A DNA stretch of 42,788 nucleotides, from positions 1 through 42,788 of the forward strand of contig JBFHCO010000002.1 of assembly GCA_041585205.1 (NCBI GenBank). The letters are read 5' to 3'. Shown in pieces: positions 36,341-42,788 of the stretch. The notes below the pieces were generated by a model. It searched no databases and was not told the DNA's origin. It saw only the letters and a list, made by a program, of their open reading frames with translations. Numbering within the stretch: position 1 is the first letter of the stretch; every line of letters begins with the position of its first letter. The position numbers were made by a program, and so were the translations under genes. Source of the DNA: Candidatus Omnitrophota bacterium (lineage in GTDB: Bacteria; Omnitrophota; Omnitrophia; Omnitrophales; Aquincolibacteriaceae).

Positions 36341-37120
36341 ATGAAATTTTGGATTGTCTTGGGGTGTCTGACGCTTGTCTTTTGGCTGGAAAGCGTTTTT
36401 CCGCTTTTTCAGGATAGTGAGCACCGTCACCGGTTGCGGCATGCCGGCAGAAATTTGGCACTAGCCTTAATCAACGGGTTGGTTCTTGCCCTGATTTTTT
36501 CTAGCCTCACGTTGAAGACGATTGAGGCCTCCTCTTGGGGGCTGCTTGACCGGTTGGATTGGAATCCGGCAGCCGAATTTATGATCGCTTTTCTTTTGTT
36601 TGACTGCTGGATGTATGTCTGGCATCGCGCCAATCACCGCATCCCGTTTTTGTGGCGTTTTCACCGCGTGCATCACTCCGATATGGCCTTGGATTCGACC
36701 AGCGCGCTGCGGTTTCACACCGGCGAAATCATTTATTCTTCGCTGATCCGCCTTGTCATCGTACCCTTGATCGGGATGTCATGGCAGCATCTCATGATTT
36801 ATGAAATCTGCTTGCAGCCGGTGATTATTTTTCACCATTCCAATATCGCCCTGCCTGAAAAAATCGACCGGATCCTCCGCGCCGTGATTGTGACGCCCAA
36901 TATGCACCGCGTACATCACTCCCAAATCCGCGACGAGACGGACTCGAATTATTCGAGTATCTTTTCCTGGTGGGACCGCTTAGCAGTCTCATTCCGCAAG
37001 CGTCAGGATACTCGCACAATTCAATATGGACTACCCTATTTTCAGGAAGAGGCGTGGCAGGACGTCACCGGTTTGCTCAAAACACCGTTCGCGGCCTTGA
37101 AACCAGAGCACAGTCCGTGA
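36341..37120 (+). CDS. Fatty acid hydroxylase / sterol desaturase family membrane protein
   Basis: Histidine boxes HRANH, HRVHH and HRVHH in a four-TM context. Confidence 0.85.
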   Translation: MKFWIVLGCLTLVFWLESVFPLFQDSEHRHRLRHAGRNLALALINGLVLALIFSSLTLKTIEASSWGLLDRLDWNPAAEFMIAFLLFDCWMYVWHRANHRIPFLWRFHRVHHSDMALDSTSALRFHTGEIIYSSLIRLVIVPLIGMSWQHLMIYEICLQPVIIFHHSNIALPEKIDRILRAVIVTPNMHRVHHSQIRDETDSNYSSIFSWWDRLAVSFRKRQDTRTIQYGLPYFQEEAWQDVTGLLKTPFAALKPEHSP

Positions 37121-37194
37121 TTTTGAGTGGGAAAATTGATTGATGCACGACATTTAAATCGGCTCATTAAAGACAGAAGGGAGAAGGATGCAAG

Positions 37195-37386
37195 ATGAAG
37201 CAAAATATTAAACATGTGGGACGTATCGCCCGAATCCTTGTCGGAGTGGTCATTCTCGGCATTGGCTGGTATTATCAAAGCTGGCTTGGCTTGCTGGGAT
37301 TGATTCCCATCCTGGAAGGTCTTTTCGGCTGGTGTGTGCTGATGCATTTCTGCGGCAAATGCGACACGCCGGAAAAAAAAGATTGA
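37195..37386 (+). CDS. DUF2892 (YgaP-like) small membrane protein
   Basis: GAGAAGGA RBS. Two-helix pattern GRIARILVGVVILGIG...LIPILEGLFGWC as I recall for DUF2892. Confidence 0.6.
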   Translation: MKQNIKHVGRIARILVGVVILGIGWYYQSWLGLLGLIPILEGLFGWCVLMHFCGKCDTPEKKD

Positions 37387-37427
37387 ACCGGAAACAGCAT
37401 ACGCCGGAGACCTTTCGAAATTAAATT

Positions 37428-37823
37428 ATGAAAAAATGTCCTTTTTGCGCTGAGGAGATTCAGGATGCTGCCGTCAAATGCCGCCACTGCGGGGAATTCC
37501 TTATACGGACTCAAACGGAGACAGCGTCCGAGCCGCACCCACGCCAATGCGCGAGCGCCGCTTCGGCGGAACCATCGATGGTTCCGTCCGAACCGTGGTA
37601 TTTCCGCACGACTTTTTTAGTTATTGCGTTTTGCGTGGTCGGGCCGCTGATGCTGCCGCTTTTATGGCTTCACCCTCGCCACAGCCTGACCGCGAAGTTT
37701 TTTTGGACGCTTTTCATTGCGGCGCTGACCTGGGTGCTGATGCTGGTTCTTGCGCAATCCATACGCACGGTGTGGGATTACTACGGCCAATTATTTGACC
37801 TTTTGCGCGAAACGCAACGTTAA
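37428..37823 (+). CDS. Zinc-ribbon membrane protein
   Basis: N-terminal [11 protein letters not shown]....KCRHCGEFL ribbon followed by two hydrophobic helices. Confidence 0.65.
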   Translation: MKKCPFCAEEIQDAAVKCRHCGEFLIRTQTETASEPHPRQCASAASAEPSMVPSEPWYFRTTFLVIAFCVVGPLMLPLLWLHPRHSLTAKFFWTLFIAALTWVLMLVLAQSIRTVWDYYGQLFDLLRETQR

Positions 37824-37843
37824 AAAAAGGAAGGGAGTTCGGA

Positions 37844-38197
37844 ATGTACGAAGCCAATAAAATAGATTACGTGGAGATCCAAACCAAAGATTTGAAGAAA
37901 TCGAAGGAGTTCTTTCAAAAACTTTTCGGGTGGAAATTTTCCGATTACGGTTCTGAATACTCGTCTTTTGATGACGGGCGCTTGCGAGGGGGGTTCTATC
38001 CTTCGAAGACGGTCGCCTCTGCGGAAAAGGGAAGCGTTCTCGTGGTTTTTTATACGCCGGCGCTCGAGTCGCTAGAGAAAAAAGTGTCCGAACTCGGAGG
38101 TCAAATCGTCAAAGAAATCTTTTCCTTTCCGGGCGGCCGGCGTTTTCACTTCACCGAACCCGGAGGTAATGAGTTCGCGATTTGGTCGGATAAATAA
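37844..38197 (+). CDS. VOC (glyoxalase/bleomycin-resistance fold) family protein
   Basis: GGAAGGGAG RBS. YVEIQTKDLKKSKEFFQKLFGWKF...; ...RRFHFTEPGGNEFAIW is a typical single VOC module. Confidence 0.8.
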   Translation: MYEANKIDYVEIQTKDLKKSKEFFQKLFGWKFSDYGSEYSSFDDGRLRGGFYPSKTVASAEKGSVLVVFYTPALESLEKKVSELGGQIVKEIFSFPGGRRFHFTEPGGNEFAIWSDK

Positions 38198-39425
38198 AAC
38201 GGCTCCTTTCAGAGACGCCATGCCATCCGACACCGCAAAACGCATCTCCGTGCTTACCGAAAAAAATCTGACTTTTGTTTTTCTGGGAACGTGCATTTTT
38301 ATTTTCGCCGTGCTGGCCCTGCGCCGCCTGGCGGGGGAATGGGGCTATCTCTGGTTCCTTTTCGGTGAGGGTAGGGGTCCGGGCTTTGACATCGTTCATT
38401 TTCAATATGACATGCGCCTTTGGTTTTCCGGTGAAAATTTAATCGAGGCGGTCAAAGACCGTCCGCTATACCCACCCGCCAGCTATGCGATGTTCTATCC
38501 CTTGTTCGGTTGGCTGAATTTTATCCAAGCGCGCGTGTTTTGGGCATTTCTTTCCATACCGCTTTTGGGTTGGCTGGTTTATCTGACTGTCCGAAGCAGC
38601 GGCAGCCGGACGCGGCTTGAGAAGATATTTTGGCTGTTACTGCCGCTTGCGATGAATGCCGTGCGTGTCACGATTTTCAGCGGGCAGCCCGGGTTGATTG
38701 TGATGACGGCGCTGTGGAGCGCTTTTTATTTCATCTATCGCCACCCTCCCTCCTGGCATCGCGACTTTGCGGTGGCTTGTCTCATGACGCTCTCACTACT
38801 CAAACCGCAATTCAGCCTGCCTTTTTTCTGGATTCTTCTCATCCGGTGGCGGGGCCTGCGACCGCTTGCGCTGACGTTTGTGGGATATACGGCCTTGACG
38901 TTGTACGCAATCAGTTTTCAGGATTTGCCTTGGAAGGAATTGCTCGCGGGGTGGCTCGACCGCGGCGCCGCATATGCGGTGGGGATGCGCTTGAATTTTC
39001 TGCAGGGACTTTTGATAGATACCGGCAAAAGCGATTGGGTTTTATATTTCGCTTTCGCCGTTTTCTTCCTGCTCGGAATGTGGCTGTGGCGTTACCGGAC
39101 GGCGGACCTGTGGCTTTTGGCCGGCGCGGCGGCCATTGCCGCGCGTTTTTGGGTTTATGCGCGAAGCTACGGAGATTTATTGATGCTGATTCCTTTGATA
39201 ACGATTTACCGCATTCTCACCCGGCGGACCCTGACACTTTTTGAAAAGGGTATGGGGGCTTGCCTGTTTATCGCCACCTTGGGAATACTGCTGATCCCGG
39301 AACCGTTTTTTCTCCCGGGTTATAAATGGAATATCTATCTCAGTATCTTTTGTACCACGGTGTGGTTGACGCTACTGGGTTATATTTGGTACTGGGCTCA
39401 GCGTAAGACGGAAGCGGTGGTATAA
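38169..39425 (+). CDS. Polytopic membrane protein, GT-C-like (DUF2029/GT87-like) putative glycosyltransferase, paralogue A
   Basis: About 10 predicted helices. The first-loop pattern FD..H.QYDMRLWFSG.N.......LYPPASY..FYPLFGWL resembles the DUF2029 loop; the family call is tentative. The ATG at 38220 is an alternative start that matches paralogue B in length and avoids overlap with the VOC gene. Confidence 0.6.
   Translation: MSSRFGRINKTAPFRDAMPSDTAKRISVLTEKNLTFVFLGTCIFIFAVLALRRLAGEWGYLWFLFGEGRGPGFDIVHFQYDMRLWFSGENLIEAVKDRPLYPPASYAMFYPLFGWLNFIQARVFWAFLSIPLLGWLVYLTVRSSGSRTRLEKIFWLLLPLAMNAVRVTIFSGQPGLIVMTALWSAFYFIYRHPPSWHRDFAVACLMTLSLLKPQFSLPFFWILLIRWRGLRPLALTFVGYTALTLYAISFQDLPWKELLAGWLDRGAAYAVGMRLNFLQGLLIDTGKSDWVLYFAFAVFFLLGMWLWRYRTADLWLLAGAAAIAARFWVYARSYGDLLMLIPLITIYRILTRRTLTLFEKGMGACLFIATLGILLIPEPFFLPGYKWNIYLSIFCTTVWLTLLGYIWYWAQRKTEAVV
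38802..38934 (+). repeat. 133-nt tract 100% identical to 40023-40155 (copy 1)
   Basis: Read base by base: AAACCGCAATTCAGCCTGCC...GGATTTGCCTTGGA is the same in both paralogues, at an offset of 1221 nt. Confidence 0.9.
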
Positions 39426-39428
39426 AAA

Positions 39429-40658
39429 GTGAGTCAACCAAAGCAGCCTGATGCGGTCAACCGCTTTTCTTTTGTTAGTACCCGGCGTCGGATTTCTGTT
39501 TTTTTAGGACTCGCAGCGTTGGTGTTTGCCGTTTTGGCATTTCGCCGTTTGGCGGGGGAATGGGGTTTTTATTACCTCCTTTTTGGTGACGGGCGCACTC
39601 CGGGCGTGGACATGGCATACCGGCAGCAGGAAATGCGTCTCTGGTTTTCCGGCGCGAATTTACTCGACGCCGGCTTGGAACGGCGCGCCTATCCGCCCGC
39701 CAGTTACGTGATGCTCTATCCTTTTTTCGGCTGGCTGAATTTTGCCGCGGGGCGCGCCGTTTGGGCACTGATATCCATACCACTTTTGGGTTGGCTGGTT
39801 TATCTGACCGTCCGAAGCAGTGGCAGCCGGACGCGGCTTGAGAAAATATTTTGGTTGTTACTGCCGCTTGCGATGATTCACACGATTGATACGATTCGTA
39901 TTGCGCAGCCCGGGTTGATTGTGATGACGGCGCTTTGGAGCGCTTTCTATCTCATCTTCCGTCACCTGCCTTCGTGGCCCCGCGACCTTGCGGCGGCCGG
40001 TCTGATGATTCTTTCGCTTCTTAAACCGCAATTCAGCCTGCCTTTTTTCTGGATTCTTCTCATCCGGTGGCGGGGCCTGCGACCGCTTGCGCTGACGTTT
40101 GTGGGATATACGGCCTTGACGTTGTACGCAATCAGTTTTCAGGATTTGCCTTGGAGCGAGTCTTTGACCGCTTGGTTGCACGGCGGCACCGAATACGCGA
40201 AGGGCATGAAATCGACTTTTATTCAGGGACTTTTTATTGAAACCGGAAAGCGCCATTGGATTCTCTATTACGCCGCCGCGCTGTTTTTTACGCTCGGAAT
40301 TTGGTTGTGCCGTTACCGGAGCGCGGACCTGTGGCTTTTGGCCGGCGCCGCGGCGATTGTCGCGCGGACATGGATATTTGCTTATAGCTACGGCGAGCTT
40401 TTAATGTTAATCCCCTTGATTGCGCTTTATCGCATGCTGAAGCAGCGGACGCTGACCCGTCTGGAAAAAGGCATGGGCGCCGTGCTTTTTATTTTAACCC
40501 TGGGGGTGTTAATCGCGCCAGCGCCGTTTTTTTTCCCGCGACAATGGTGGAATATTTATTTCAGAATATTTTACAATACGCTTTGGCTGACCCTGTTTGG
40601 TTACTTTTGGTACTTTGCACAACGCGAAACCGAGCCGGATCCGCAAAAAGCAGATTAA
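39429..40658 (+). CDS. Polytopic membrane protein, GT-C-like (DUF2029/GT87-like), paralogue B
   Basis: GTG start 3 nt after the stop of paralogue A. It is collinear with A over its full length and contains nucleotide tracts identical to A. Confidence 0.6.
   Translation: MSQPKQPDAVNRFSFVSTRRRISVFLGLAALVFAVLAFRRLAGEWGFYYLLFGDGRTPGVDMAYRQQEMRLWFSGANLLDAGLERRAYPPASYVMLYPFFGWLNFAAGRAVWALISIPLLGWLVYLTVRSSGSRTRLEKIFWLLLPLAMIHTIDTIRIAQPGLIVMTALWSAFYLIFRHLPSWPRDLAAAGLMILSLLKPQFSLPFFWILLIRWRGLRPLALTFVGYTALTLYAISFQDLPWSESLTAWLHGGTEYAKGMKSTFIQGLFIETGKRHWILYYAAALFFTLGIWLCRYRSADLWLLAGAAAIVARTWIFAYSYGELLMLIPLIALYRMLKQRTLTRLEKGMGAVLFILTLGVLIAPAPFFFPRQWWNIYFRIFYNTLWLTLFGYFWYFAQRETEPDPQKAD
40023..40155 (+). 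repeat. 133-nt tract 100% identical to 38802-38934 (copy 2)
   Basis: As for copy 1. A second tract (38553-38655 vs 39774-39876) has only 5 mismatches in 103 nt at the same offset. Confidence 0.9.
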
Positions 40659-40675
40659 CTCAGGGGAGGATTTGC

Positions 40676-41743
40676 ATGCGCCGCTATTTTTCCATACCCG
40701 TTGTTTTTATCGCCGTTTGCTTTGCGTGCGACGGCTTCGCACAGACAGATACAACTCAAAAATTCATTGTCGGCACGAAAGAGGCGCCGCCCTTTGCGAT
40801 TAAGACGGAGCATGGCTGGAAGGGAATTTCAGTCGAGTTGTGGGAGGTCGTGGCCGGGAAACTCAAGCTCGAAACGGAATGGCGCGAAATGGCGCTGCCG
40901 GAACTTTTAGCCGGGCTTGAAAAAGGGGAGCTGGATGCCGTAGCGGCGGCTCTGACCGTGACGCCCGACCGCGAAACCGCGTTTGATTTCTCGCATCCTT
41001 TTTACGCCGAAGGACTAGGCATCGCGGTTTCCGAACGTGCGCAGAAAAGAAGATGGGCGGTGGCGCTGGCTAATTTATTGTCACCGGATTTTTTGGGCGC
41101 GATCGGCATACTGATCGTCGTTCTGTTGTCCGTCGGTGTCGTAATTTGGTTTTTCGAGCGGCGAAAAAATGCCGATCAATTCGGCGGCAAGGCCTCGGAA
41201 GGGTTGTGGTCGGGCTTTTGGTGGTCGGCTGTGACGATGACAACCGTCGGTTACGGAGACAAGGCTCCGCGCACCGTGGGCGGGCGCATTGTCGGCATCA
41301 TCTGGATGTTCGCCGCGATTTTCATTATTTCATCCATCACGGCCATGATCGCGTCGTCACTGACCGTGACCAGTCTCGAATACCGCATTCAGGGACCCGA
41401 GGATTTGCACGGCGCTTGGGTCGGGACGCTCGCGGCCTCCACAAGCGAAGACTATTTGATGGCGCGGGAAATCAAGCCCCGCGCCTTTGAATCGGTTGAG
41501 GAGGCCCTGCGCGCTTTAAAGCAAGGCGAGATAGACGCCGTCGTCTATGACGCCCCGCTTTTGAATTATTTAGTCAAAACCCGGTTTAAAGGCGGGATTG
41601 CCGTGCTGCCGAATACCTTTGAGCCGCAGCATTATGCGATTGGTTTAAAAACGGGAAGCCTGTGGCGCGAACCGGTGAACCGGGCGCTTCTGGAAGAAAT
41701 CCATTCGGACCGATATCAATCACTTCTGGAAAAATACACGTAA
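40676..41743 (+). CDS. GluR0-type ligand-gated potassium channel (periplasmic solute-binding domain interrupted by a 2-TM K+ pore)
   Basis: GGGGAGGA RBS and ATG 40676 with a signal peptide. SBP_bac_3-like lobe 1, TM1 (FLGAIGILIVVLLSVGVVIWFF), pore helix plus selectivity filter WWSAVTMTTVGYGD, TM2, then lobe 2 (VVYDAPLLNYL..., HYAIGLK). Confidence 0.8.
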   Translation: MRRYFSIPVVFIAVCFACDGFAQTDTTQKFIVGTKEAPPFAIKTEHGWKGISVELWEVVAGKLKLETEWREMALPELLAGLEKGELDAVAAALTVTPDRETAFDFSHPFYAEGLGIAVSERAQKRRWAVALANLLSPDFLGAIGILIVVLLSVGVVIWFFERRKNADQFGGKASEGLWSGFWWSAVTMTTVGYGDKAPRTVGGRIVGIIWMFAAIFIISSITAMIASSLTVTSLEYRIQGPEDLHGAWVGTLAASTSEDYLMAREIKPRAFESVEEALRALKQGEIDAVVYDAPLLNYLVKTRFKGGIAVLPNTFEPQHYAIGLKTGSLWREPVNRALLEEIHSDRYQSLLEKYT

Positions 41744-42121
41744 GCAAAATCAAATTGAGATTGCGGATATCATCAATCCGGAAAGCAAGCCCACTCCGGC
41801 GACGGCTGCGAACAATTTAACCGCCAACATTTTCCCAAACGCCTGCCCCGGCTGCGCTCAAGATAGGGCAGTTCATCCGAATTGGCGATAACGGCCGTAT
41901 CGGTCGTGATTTTTTCCAGAATACTTACGACTCCGGTCGCAATTTGATCGAACCACCGATTAAAGTCCGTGTACCGGTCCGCCCAAAAAAACACCCAAGA
42001 TCAGCGTCAGAAAGGCGGCGGTATTAATGAGGGCATTGGGGTTGAGAACCTGTATTGCTTGCATACTTCAATGTTGCTGGGTAGATAAAATGTTTGCAAT
42101 CTCAAAAAAATAACGACCGCT

Positions 42122-42788
42122 TTATGTCTGACCTGTGTTATGCGCCGAATGTTGATTGAAATGTGCGAGACATTCGGCCACTGTTTTAATCGGACAGAAA
42201 TGGCGCAGGATTTCGTCCTGGCAGCTATAGCGGTAAGGAAAGCTGTGTTGATAAGCCGAGCGCACGACATTTTCAAGCTCATGCATCGGCAGGCCGATCT
42301 CTCTGTTGATATTCCACTCGACGAGCTTTTCCACCGTTTCACCTTCATTTAAACCGAGCAGCCGCAAGGCCGAGGCAAGGCGGATCGCGGCGTTGTTGCG
42401 GTAGCCGGACTCCACATGCCGCTCCCAAATGGCCTGAACGCCTGCACAGGGAAAGCTCAAATGACTCAAATCCTCGGGACGCTGAAAGCGGTAACGGAAA
42501 GGTTTTTTGATGAAACGCCGCAACTGTGACCGGACGCGCCTGAAAAGACGCACTGCCGCGGTATTGGTTTCAACTTCCATTTCGCTTAACAGCCCCGTTT
42601 CATCCGTGGCCTGCAGCGGCCGCGGCTTTTTGGCCAGCCCGCGAATGGCTTCAAAATCCAGCGTTCGAAGCTCCTTCGCCGAGATCGCGGTCTTATAAAG
42701 TTTGGATTCTTCGTGCAGGGTGTTCGGCAGCCGCAGCAGCCGCACACGGTCCTTGATACTCAAATCGACCGCCTCGCGCAGTTCCTCG
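42122..42788 (-). CDS. Primase-like protein, C-terminal part (AEP-primase motif plus PriCT-like domain); the N-terminus lies beyond the window edge
   Basis: The minus-strand frame is open to nt 42788 (EELREAVDL precedes the TTG listed as the start). RLPNTLHEESKLYK resembles the AEP motif III region, and GYRNNAAIRLASALRLLGLNEGETVEKLVEWN resembles PriCT. Called by eye only. Confidence 0.5.
   Translation of the reverse strand, partial: EELREAVDLSIKDRVRLLRLPNTLHEESKLYKTAISAKELRTLDFEAIRGLAKKPRPLQATDETGLLSEMEVETNTAAVRLFRRVRSQLRRFIKKPFRYRFQRPEDLSHLSFPCAGVQAIWERHVESGYRNNAAIRLASALRLLGLNEGETVEKLVEWNINREIGLPMHELENVVRSAYQHSFPYRYSCQDEILRHFCPIKTVAECLAHFNQHSAHNTGQT

Noticed and set aside
38630-39244. A 204-aa alternative-frame ORF inside GT-C-like paralogue A
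   Set aside because: It lies in a different frame of a gene whose frame is validated by collinearity with paralogue B. The translation is Arg/Ala-rich with no hydrophobic helices.
41971-41993. TACCGGTCCGCCCAAAAAAAC as a distal att copy of the tRNA-Ala 3' end
   Set aside because: Only CCGGTCC plus CC match (9 of 17 positions), and the homopolymer is A rather than T. A 7-mer match is expected by chance in a window of this size.
41773-42064. A possible frameshifted small membrane-protein gene on the minus strand. A 34-codon ORF from ATG 42064 (MQAIQVLNPNALINTAAFLTLILGVF...) could fuse to the 73-aa ORF 41773-41994 through a 1-nt change in the A7/T7 run at 41985-41991.
   Set aside because: The downstream part has no recognisable motif and no RBS was found. 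A third frame would be needed to reach another hydrophobic segment. There is too little evidence to call a pseudogene or a programmed frameshift.
1-42788. Search for CRISPR arrays, IS elements or transposases, integrases, toxin-antitoxin or restriction-modification genes
   Set aside because: No regularly spaced short repeats, no transposase or integrase-like ORFs and no recognisable defence-system domains were seen on either strand. The only repeats found are the tRNA-associated duplications and the paralogue conversion tracts reported above.

Overview
This is a bacterial chromosomal window that codes almost entirely on the + strand. I saw no rRNA, CRISPR array, transposase or integrase.

Positions 1-27.3 kb are mostly core functions:
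- a 5'-truncated FadB-type 3-hydroxyacyl-CoA dehydrogenase
- a siroheme sulfite/nitrite reductase with an extra C-terminal helical tail
- a receiver-domain protein followed by PilT
- a CBS protein
- a large Cache/HAMP/PAS hybrid histidine kinase
- an M48 peptidase and MetF
- a stand-alone MshEN/T2SSE_N domain protein and a DUF2203 protein
- KorAB 2-oxoacid:ferredoxin oxidoreductase and an aspartase-type lyase
- rpsB-tsf-pyrH-frr
- a tRNA cluster: a decayed tRNA-Lys copy, tRNA-Lys(UUU) and tRNA-Glu(UUC)
- a bactofilin-HTH fusion plus a membrane-anchored HTH paralogue
- acpS, a YdjC-family protein and surE
- an aldehyde dehydrogenase and a class III aminotransferase

A tRNA-Ala(GGC) lies at 27470-27545, and its 3' end is duplicated 79 nt downstream. 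After it the content looks accessory:
- an unclassified polytopic membrane protein
- a CHASE-GGDEF-EAL protein
- a tightly overlapping four-gene operon of exported proteins of unknown function (lipoprotein, two TPR/helical-repeat proteins, a Cys-rich EGF-signature protein)
- a fatty-acid hydroxylase and several small membrane and zinc-ribbon proteins
- a VOC protein
- two tandem paralogous GT-C-like membrane proteins with gene-conversion tracts
- a GluR0-type ligand-gated K+ channel
- at the right edge, on the minus strand, a partial primase (PriCT-like) gene typical of mobile elements

The best candidates for something undescribed are:
- the bactofilin-HTH / HTH-TM pair (20.8-21.7 kb)
- the exported TPR operon (31.9-36.1 kb)
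- the structured RNA-like sequence around the tRNA-Lys/Glu cluster
- the tandem membrane-protein paralogues (38.2-40.7 kb)

All family calls come from motif recognition by eye; no searches were run. Taxonomy cannot be assigned from this window alone.
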